DNA of 64,000 nucleotides from Macrostomum hystrix (lineage: Eukaryota; Animalia; Platyhelminthes). The translations under genes and the position numbers were made by a program. The stretch's first letter is position 1; each line of letters begins with the position of its first letter. Under the pieces are notes generated by a model. That model was not told the origin of the DNA, did not search any database, and was given only the letters and a program-made list of their open reading frames with translations. The stretch spans positions 310,001-374,000 of the forward strand of contig CATNEN010000002.1 of assembly GCA_950097015.1 (NCBI GenBank), given 5' to 3'. Positions 49,548-58,643 of this stretch are shown here, piece after piece.

Positions 49548-49876
49548 TTTCACTCTCACTCTCACTCTCACTAACACTCTCACCCTCACTCTCACTCTCA
49601 CCCTCACTCTCACTCTCACCCTCACTCTCACCCTCACACTCACTCTCACTCTCACTCTCATCCTCACTATCACTCTCATCCTCACTATCACTCTCATCCT
49701 CACTATCACTCTCATCCTCACTATCACTCTCATCCTCACTATCACTCTCATCCTCACTATCACTCTCATCCTCACTACCACTCCCACCATCACTCTCACC
49801 CTCACTCACACCCTCACCCTCACTCTCACCCTCACTCACACTCTCACCCTCACTCTCACTCTCACTCACACTCTCA

Positions 49877-49907
<31 letters not shown>

Positions 49908-50284
49908 CCTCACTCTCACTCACATTGTCACCCTCACTTTCACCCCCACTTTCACCCTCACTCACACTCTCACCCTCACTCTCACTCTCACTCTCACCCT
50001 CACTCTCACCCTCACTCTCACCCTCACCCTCACCCTTACTTTCACTCTCACTCTCACCCTCACTCTCACCCTTACTCTCACTCTCACTCTCACCCTCACC
50101 CTCACTCTCACCCTCACTCACACTCTCACCCTCACTCTCACCCTCACTCACACTCTCACCCTCACTCTCACTCTCACCCTCACTCACACCCTCACCCTCA
50201 CTCTCACCCTCACTCACACTCTCACCCTCACTCTCACCCTCACTCACACTCTCACCCTCACTCTCACTCTCACTCACACTCTCA

Positions 50285-50315
<31 letters not shown>

Positions 50316-50598
50316 CCTCACTCTCACTCACATTGTCACCCTCACTTTCACCCCCACTTTCACCCTCACTCACACTCTCACCCTCACTCTCACTCTCACT
50401 CTCACCCTCACTCTCACCCTCACTCTCACCCTCACCCTCACCCTTACTCTCACTCTCACTCTCACCCTCACTCTCACCCTTACTCTCACTCTCACCCTCA
50501 CCCTCACCCTCACTCTCACCCTCACTCTCACCCTCACCCTCACCCTCACTCTCACCCTCACCCTCACCCTCACCCTCACCCTTACTCTCACTCTCACT

Positions 50599-50629
<31 letters not shown>

Positions 50630-50630
50630 T

Positions 50631-50671
<41 letters not shown>

Positions 50672-50714
50672 TCACCCTCACCCTCACCCTCACTCTCACC
50701 CTCACCCTCACCCT
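49548..50714. repeat. Hexamer mosaic (CCCTCA/CTCTCA)n, resembling a telomere variant repeat
   Basis: The minus strand reads TGAGGG/TGAGAG with occasional TAAGGG. An internal block is duplicated (cacattgtcaccc at about 49921 and 50329). Confidence 0.95.
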
Positions 50715-51073
50715 GGGCAGGATATTCGAAGACTATTTTTAAACTATTGAACGCTATTAAAAGCGCAAATTAAATTTGAAGTACCAGGTGTTACAATTTT
50801 GGCAGAAGTGAAAACCGGGGACAATAAATACGAGCTTAAAATAAAATTTAAGCTCGTATATGGGATGGGATGGGATAAAATTGCATTGTGATTACAAGAA
50901 AACAGAAAGTAAAATAATATAAATTCCAAAAGATATAAAATTTAATCAAGAAAATACTACTTGTAACTTGACCCGAATTCAAATAATGCTGTCAATAAGA
51001 AATCGTTATTTCTAGTGCTACAATACTACTAGAGTCATAGATGAGTAGTATGAATACCAAATTGAGTAATTTT

Positions 51074-51424
51074 CTATAGCATGGTCTCGTAGCATCGGTG
51101 TTCAACTCCGGCTGCAGTCTCCAGGACTCGATCCTGCCATGAATCCAGCCTCATCAACAACGCTGGCGACACCGCGGTTGCGATCTGAGGAGCTCCAGCT
51201 GTCACGGCTCCATTCAGCAGTCGCTCTTCGGGATCTTCTTCTTCAGCTGCAGCGGCCTTCAACGAGTCAACGCGCTCGCCCTTCTCGCAGTCGGTCTCGA
51301 TGTCCTCGGAGACGAAGCGCTGCCGAAGAGCACTCTTGGAAGCGCAAGCCAGACAGACAGCAGCCAGGCAGAGAGCGAGCAGCAGCAGACAGAAGGCGGC
51401 GAACGAGACCGAGACTGCCGACAT
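51074..51424 (-). CDS. Small protein (116 aa) with an N-terminal hydrophobic anchor or signal, an acidic region and C-terminal CYETML
   Basis: GC-rich coding-like ORF MSAVSVSFAAFCLLLLALCLAAVCLACASKSALRQR... A phase-1 acceptor (ccccgcag, exon start 51432) precedes it. An in-frame TGA at 51445-51443 limits read-in from upstream. Confidence 0.6.
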   Translation of the reverse strand: MSAVSVSFAAFCLLLLALCLAAVCLACASKSALRQRFVSEDIETDCEKGERVDSLKAAAAEEEDPEERLLNGAVTAGAPQIATAVSPALLMRLDSWQDRVLETAAGVEHRCYETML

Positions 51425-51454
51425 GGCCGACGCTGCGGGGTTTCACGAGCGGCG

Positions 51455-51806
51455 GGATCTGAATTGGATGGGATCTGGATGGGATGGGATCTGGATGGGA
51501 TGGGATCTGGATAGGCTGGGATCTGAATGGGATGGGATCTGGATGGGATGGGATCTGGATGGGATGGGATGGGATCTGGGTGGAATAGGATCTGGATGGG
51601 ATGGGATCTGGGTGGAATAGGATCTGGATGGGATGGGATCTGGGTGGAATAGGATCTGGATGAGATGGGATCTAGATGAAATGGGATCTGGATGAAATGG
51701 GATCTGGATGGGATGGGATGGGATCTGGATGAAATGAGATCTGGATGGGATGGGATCTGGATGAAATGGGATCTGGATGGGATGGGATCTGGATAGGATG
51801 GGATCC
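51455..51806. repeat. G-rich degenerate minisatellite (GGGATGGGATCTGGAT-type)
   Basis: Visible tandem units of about 16-21 bp. Confidence 0.9.
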
Positions 51807-52571
51807 AGTCAGGTATTTGAATTTGTGAGTGAGGAGAATCATTAAATGAAATCTTATGACACAAAAACTTAATGTTTTTCTATCCATATCGGCTTACCGG
51901 TATTGGAGGCAACAATCGCTGGGTCGAGGCTCTGATGCTGAGCAATCTTAGATGCCACAATTGCGCTGACCTGTTGAAACTGCTGGCCGGTGAAATTTCC
52001 TGCAATCTGAACTGTCATTATGCAGTAACTCAGGTTGGGATCTGAGGTTGTCTGGCCTGGAGACTAAAACTGTCCACCCCCTACTGGGAATAGCTCTCAT
52101 TTATAGTCTGAGCTGAGCATGGGCATGGTGTGGGAAGAAATCCCTTTGTTTGGGCGTGGCCGCTATGGCAACATGTATTTTTAGCAACACGCTCTGGCCA
52201 CATATTCCATGATGCACAAGTTCCCTCCCACATCATATATGTTAAGCTTCATGTTAGGCCATCCTAAGCTGGGGAGTTTGCTGAGTGACTCACTCGGGAG
52301 ATCCCCATTTGGCGGCCAATTGGGAGTTTCAGTTTGCAGCCGGCTTGATGGCCACACCTTGCAATAAATCTCCAAGAGCTGTGTCTATCAAGGTCGTAGA
52401 GAGTTACCGAAGATGGTAACTTTTAACCGTGTTCTGGAATTGAATTTATCTAAATATTGCTGAGTTTTAGTTACATTTTTAAACAATTAAATTTTACAGT
52501 ATTTACATTTTCCTTTTGTATAAGTCATTTAGAAGTTTAGAGCATTGAGAAAATTTCGCATTTTTATCTAA

Positions 52572-52936
52572 ACTTTGACAGTTCACTCATTTCAAAAAGT
52601 TCACTCATTTCAAAAAGTTCACTCATTTCAAAAAGTTCACTCATTTCAAAAAGTTCACTCATTTCAAAAAGTTCACTCATTTCAAAAAGTTCACTCATTT
52701 CAAAAAGTTCACTCATTTCAAAAAGTTCACTCATTTCAAAAAGTTCACTCATTTCAAAAAGTTCACTCATTTCAAAAAGTTCACTCATTTCAAAAAGTTC
52801 ACTCATTTCAAAAAGTTCACTCATTTCAAAAAGTTCACTCATTTCAAAAAGTTCACTCATTTCAAAAAGTTCACTCATTTCAAAAAGTTCACTCATTTCA
52901 AAAAGTTCACTCATTTCAAAAAGTTCACTCATTTCA
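52572..52936. repeat. Perfect 18-bp tandem repeat, about 20 copies
   Basis: AAAAGTTCACTCATTTCA with no visible variants; degenerate copies resume at about 53470-53590. Confidence 0.97.
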
Positions 52937-52939
52937 CTT

Positions 52940-53280
52940 GTAGTGCCAGTGTTTCTCAGGTCGACTACTCGCCAAGGCTACTGGGCTTGAAGCCGGTTTG
53001 TTGGGCTCGGCCTTGGCCTCGCCCTCTCTCACCCTTCTCCCCCGTACCTGCTCAGGCTTGCCCTGTGCCGCCATCTGATTGGCTGGGCGCGGGCATTGTC
53101 TGTCAACCCTTACCCCAGCCCTGCGTGGCTTTGCCCCTCCCACCAATCAGCTCCGCGTAGCTTTGCCCGTCCACCCGGCCAGCGCGTACAACCCTACCCC
53201 TCCCTGCGCGCTGGTGGCTTGACCCTGTTTGTGCACCGCCTCCCCTGTCTGCCCCCTTGCTGCCCTATTTTTTGTCGTTG
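52940..53280. promoter_or_regulatory. GC-rich promoter-like island with two CCAAT boxes
   Basis: ATTGG at 53078-53082, CCAAT at 53143-53147, high CpG content, and a donor-like CAG|gtacgg on the minus strand at 53047. Confidence 0.4.
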
Positions 53281-54173
53281 TCTTCCAGTATTAAGGATTC
53301 GATCTGTAAATACGGTCTCTTACTGCAAAGTCTCAAGTTATTTCATACAAATAAACGAAATCGAAGTCATTCTGTGTTCCAACCGCGGTAAGCGCTGCAT
53401 TCGTGTCTTTACTTTCGGAGTGCGTGCCTGTACGGAGTACTGTATCTTACTTATAAGTACTGTTCACTAATCTCAGAAAGTTCACTCATTTCAGAAACTT
53501 CACTTATCTTCGAAAGTATACTTATTTTTGAAAGTTCAGTCATTTAGCTCATTTCTGAAAGTTCATAAAGTTACTAAATTTCAGAAATTTCAGAATTGCT
53601 ACTACGTACTGAAAATTCAGTAAGGTTCCTGAAATCTCTTCGATTTCCCATGTTTCAGGCCGTAAGAAAATTTCAGTTGGTTGTCAAATTTGTGCTATGC
53701 ACTTTCTGCTATTGCAACCGGCATGCATTTTCTATCTTAGATGCAAGCCAGATTTCCGTTCAAACTAGCGCCAAATTATTTCCGCGGTGTAACAAATTTC
53801 AGCTATGGAATTTGCGAGTCAGTTCAGGTGCAGCTGAGTCTACTATAACTAATATGCTAGCAATTATACTTATTTAGGATAATATGATCATGAACAGAAA
53901 TTTAGTATTATCTCGCCCCAACGAGTTTAATTAACTGCTTGAGTGAAAAACAGAACCAACCTTCAGCTTTTATAGTTTTGTATTTTAGTCCCTGTTACGA
54001 GGATGCTGATCAAATTTTTCATGTCTTGCGATCGTTTTTTCATGTCTTGACGCGAAAATGTTCATCAATAATTTATTTTCTTCTTTGGCAAAAATATTTT
54101 ATGCCAAATCGGCACTCCTGTTAGCCAATGATAGAACAGTAAAATTTGTTAAACATTGACTTCCAACCGTTTC

Positions 54174-57100
54174 TTAGAATAACAGTAAACGATCATCACG
54201 CTTATTGGCTGAAAACTGATCAATAGGCATTCGATTTTTCCTTTTTCCGCGCAACGGTTCGAAGACGTTTGTTAGAGGTCTGGGATCTGGATAGACCAGC
54301 TCCTCGGAGCTCCAGGATAACCGATTGCCAAACTCGCTTAACTCTGCGGATTGCCGGGTTGGTGTTGCCTGTCTGTCTAACAGCTTATACAACTGGTCTA
54401 ACATGTAGTCTAACATGTAGTCTAACATGTAGTCTAACATGTGGTCTAACATGTAGTCTAACATGTAGTCTAACATGTACTCTAACATGTGGTCTAACAT
54501 GTGGTCTAACATGTGGTCTAACTGTAGTCTAACATGTAGTCTAACATGTGGTCTAACATGTAGTCTAACATGTAGTCTAACATGTACTCTAACATGTGGT
54601 CTAACATGTGGTCTAACATGTAGTCTAACATGTAGTCGAACATGTAGTCTAACATGTGGTCTAACATGTAGTCTAACATGTAGTCTAACATGTGGTCTAA
54701 CATGTGGTCTAACATGTAGTCTAACATGTAGTCTAACATGTAGTCTAACATGTGGTCTAACATGTAGTCTAACATGTAGTCTAACATGTAGTCTAACATG
54801 TAGTCTAACATGTAGTCTAACATGTAGTCTAGCATGTAGTCTAACATGTAGTCTAACATGTAGTCTAACAAGTCGTCTAACATGTAGTCTAACATGTAGT
54901 CTAACATGTAGTCTAACATGTAGTCTAACATGTAGTCTAACATGTAGTCTAACATGTAGTCTAACATGTAGTCTAACATGTAGTCTAACATGTAGTCTAA
55001 CATGTAGTCTAACGTGTTGTTCTACAAGGGAACAAATTTAGCATACCTTATCCTTCAAAACTCACCATTATTTCGGAGAGGATCCACTCGCTTTAGGAAG
55101 TTCTCAGTCTTGTCAGATGTCACAGCGTTTGAATTTACAACGGCCCGTAATGGCATCGATTCACCAGCTGAAAACAAGAATTATATTACGAGTATTTAAA
55201 GTTTATCAAAGCACTTTAATAAAATAAAAAGTGAGGTTCGCCCCAGCTGTAGTGTCTAGACTAAATCTTTTTACCGATTGATTGACAAGCAAATCAGCAC
55301 AAAATTTTCTGTTTCATTGGATTAAAAATGTTTCGCATAGATACTTCGAAAGCTAGAAAAACTAAACGATTTTGTAAATCATACAGTTCAAGTGTTTTAA
55401 GTCTCGTCCGTTTTTAATTTTACTCAATTCAAAATTGCAGTTTTGTAAGTCATTTAGATTCATTCATTTAGTCATTTTGACCCGCGACACACAAGTGTTT
55501 GTCAGTCACTCGGCAATTGTTAAGTTCCCATTTTTTCTCTCTCTTTTTCAAAAGAAATTTCCAGGAAAACTTTCACCTGTTCAAACAGATGTTCGCATCT
55601 CATTCAAGCAGTTAAACGATGTCTGCAATGTTCCTGACGAATTCAACAGTTCAAATTTACAAGAGAGCCTTTTCATATGCATGCAATCTATGCTTGAATG
55701 AGGTTGGGCAGTTTTATAAAACCGTTTGCGAAACTCAAAATCTCTATACCAATTCATGACAGATATTAACTGGGTTGCGTTGCCCTGCACGAACTTGACA
55801 GACAAAATGACACAATGAGAGACATAAAGAGTGACAGAATGAGTGACACGGAGAGTGTGAGAATGGGTGACACAGAGAGTGTGAGAATGAGTGACACAGA
55901 GTGTGACAGAATGAGTGACACAGAGAGAGTGACAGAATGAGTGACACAGAGTGTGACAGAATGAGTGACACAGAGAGTGACAGAATGAGTGACACAGAGT
56001 GTGACAGAATGAGTGACACAGAGAGAGTGACAGAACGAGTGACACAGAGGTGTGAGAATGAGTGACACAGAGTGTGACAGAATGAGTGACACAGAGAGTG
56101 ACAGAATGAGTGACACAGAGAGTGACAGAATGAGTGACACAGAGTGTGACAGAATGAGTGACACAGAGAGAGTGACAGAATGAGTGACACAGAGTGTGAC
56201 AGAATGAGTGACACAGAGAGTGACAGAATGAGTGACACAGAGTGTGACAGAATGAGTGACACAGAGAGAGTGACAGAACGAGTGACACAGAGGTGTGAGA
56301 ATGAGTGACACAGAGAGTGACAGAATGAGTGACACAGAGAGTGACAGAATGAGTGACACAGAGAGTGACAGAATGAGTGACACAGAGAGAGTGACAGAAT
56401 GAGTGACACAGAGAGTGACAGAATGAGTGACACAGAGAGTGACAGAATGAGTGACACAGAGTGTGACAGAATGAGTGACACAGAGTGTGACAGAATGAGT
56501 GACACAGAGTGTGACAGAATGAGTGACACAGAGAGTGACAGAATGAGTGACATAGAGAGTGACAGAATGAGTGACACAGAGAGTGACAGAATGAGTGACA
56601 CAGAGAGTGACAGAATGAGTGACACAGAGAGTGACAGAATGAGTGACACAGAGAGTGACAGAATGAGTGACACAGAGAGTGACAGAATGAGTGACACAGA
56701 GAGTGACAGAATGAGTGACACAGAGAGTGTGAGAATGAGTGACACAGAGAGTGACAGAATGAGTGACACAGAGAGTGACAGAATGAGTGACACAGAGAGT
56801 GACAGAATGAGTGACACAGAGAGAGTGACAGAATGAGTGACACAGAGAGTGACAGAATGAGTGACACAGAGAGTGACAGAATGAGTGACACAGAGTGTGA
56901 CAGAATGAGTGACACAGAGTGTGACAGAATGAGTGACACAGAGTGTGACAGAATGAGTGACACAGAGAGTGACAGAATGAGTGACATAGAGAGTGACAGA
57001 ATGAGTGACACAGAGAGTGACAGAATGAGTGACACAGAGAGTGACAGAATGAGTGACACAGAGAGTGACAGAATGAGTGACACAGAGAGTGACAGAATGA

Positions 57101-57720
57101 GTGACACAGAGAGTGACAGAATGAGTGACACAGAGAGTGACAGAATGAGTGACACAGAGAGTGACAGAATGAGTGACATAGAGAGTGACAGAATGAGTGA
57201 CACAGAGAGTGACAGAATGAGTGACATAGAGAGTGACAGAATGAGTGACACAGAGAGTGACAGAATGAGTGACACAGAGAGTGACAGAATGAGTGAAACA
57301 GAGAGTGACAGAATGAGTGACACAGAGAGTGACAGAATGAGTGACACAGAGAGTGACAGAATGAGTGACACAGAGAGTGACAGAATGAGTGACACAGAGG
57401 TGTGAGAATGAGTGACACAGAGAGTGACAGAATGAGTGACACAGAGAGTGACAGAATGAGTGACACAGAGAGTGACAGAATGAGTGACACAGAGAGTGAC
57501 AGAATGAGTGACACAGAGAGTGACAGAATGAGTGACACAGAGAGTGACAGAAAAAGAGACGAAGTGGCCGAGAAGGGGTCTCTGAGAGAGGAGCAAAGAA
57601 TAAAAGAAATATTTTACCGTCTCCATCGTCCCCTGGCAGGACTACAAAGGCCTCGGCGTTTTGACAGACCAGCAGCAGAACTATCAGAGACAATAAAAAA
57701 ATGGCGAAAGCTCTAATCAT
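54174..57720 (-). CDS. Putative secreted prohormone/neuropeptide precursor, 3 exons: 57720-57618, 55167-55066, about 54376-54174 (135 aa)
   Basis: Exon 1 encodes a signal peptide ([24 protein letters not shown]) and ends at donor G|gtaaaa. Exon 2 is phase 1-1 (ttcttgttttcag / G|gtgagt) and open. The exon 3 frame contains FEPLR-G-KR and a further KR. AATAAA lies on the minus strand at 54077-54072. The exon 3 acceptor is ambiguous. Confidence 0.6.
54395..55013. repeat. 12-bp minisatellite in intron 2 of the putative prohormone gene
   Basis: Unit GTCTAACATGT(A/G), about 50 copies. Confidence 0.97.
55820..57550. repeat. 24-bp (2x12) minisatellite in intron 1 of the putative prohormone gene
   Basis: Unit GAGTGACACAGAGAGTGACAGAAT, with occasional +2 GA slips. 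Confidence 0.97.
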
Positions 57721-57795
57721 TGCGTCGCAAACTTTTAATTTGTTTTAACCCGATGCAGTCAGTGAGAGTGTTGCTCAAAGCACACCTGTCTTCTA

Positions 57796-57885
57796 CTTTA
57801 TAGTCAAAGATTCACTGCTTGTCTTGGATTTGCTAATGCAGCCAGCCAATTATCGGTGGAAGGGTCCCGATGGAGTCCTACGTCA
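57796..57885 (-). promoter_or_regulatory. Candidate promoter of the signal-peptide gene: CRE-like site, CCAAT, TATA
   Basis: TATAAAG on the minus strand at 57802-57796 (about 76 nt before the ATG); CCAAT at 57846-57850; TGACGTAG on the minus strand at 57885-57878. Confidence 0.45.
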
Positions 57886-58009
57886 GTGCTTGGCCAGTTT
57901 CCAATTTCGTCCCTTGTGCTAATGCCTTATATAGAAACTATACTGCCAATGCGCTGAAGTCTCATGGCAACTTCTATCTATGGATATTTATGCTAGGCTT
58001 ATGCAGCTT

Positions 58010-58590
58010 AAGCTTCTAGCTTCGATTTCTGCTTCGATTCTAGCTTCGATTCTTGCTGCGATTCTAGCTTCGATTCTAGCTGCGATTCTAGATTTAATTC
58101 TTGCTGTGATTCTAGCTGCGATTCTAGCTGCGATTCTAGATTCGATTCTAGCTGCGATTCTAGATTTAATTCTTGCTGTGATTCTAGCTGCGATTCTAGC
58201 TGCGATTCTAGATTCGATTCTAGCTGCGATTCTAGATTCGATTCTAGCTGCGATTCTAGCTGCGATTCTAGCTGCGATTCTAGATTCGATTCTAGCTGCG
58301 ATTCTAGATTTAATTCTTGCTGTGATTCTAGCTGCGATTCTAGCTGCGATTCTAGATTCGATTCTAGCTGCGATTCTAGCTGCGATTCTAGCTGCGATTC
58401 TAGCTGCGATTCTAGCTGCGATTCTAGATTCGATTCTAGCTGCGATTCTAGATTCGATTCTAGCTGCGATTCTAGATTTAATTCTTGCTGTGATTCTAGC
58501 TGCGATTCTAGCTGCGATTCTAGATTCGATTCTAGCTGCGATTCTAGCTGCGATTCTAGCTGCGATTCTAGCTTCGATTCTAGCTTTGAT
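58010..58590. repeat. 12-bp minisatellite, inverted relative to the 59-64 kb arrays
   Basis: Unit TAGCTGCGATTC; reverse complement GAATCGCAGCTA. Confidence 0.95.
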
Positions 58591-58643
58591 TCATTCTAAA
58601 AATCGAATTTCTGATTACAGTTCTTGTTTCGATTCCAGCTTTG

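Noticed and set aside
45145-50773. Very long ORFs (379, 1274, 452, 443 aa, etc.)
   Set aside because: They arise because 18-bp and 6-bp units lack stops in several frames on both strands. There is no unique domain and no splice support.
52934-53146. 70-aa ORF on the minus strand
   Set aside because: It overlaps a promoter-like island, has no family similarity, and is more likely UTR or regulatory.
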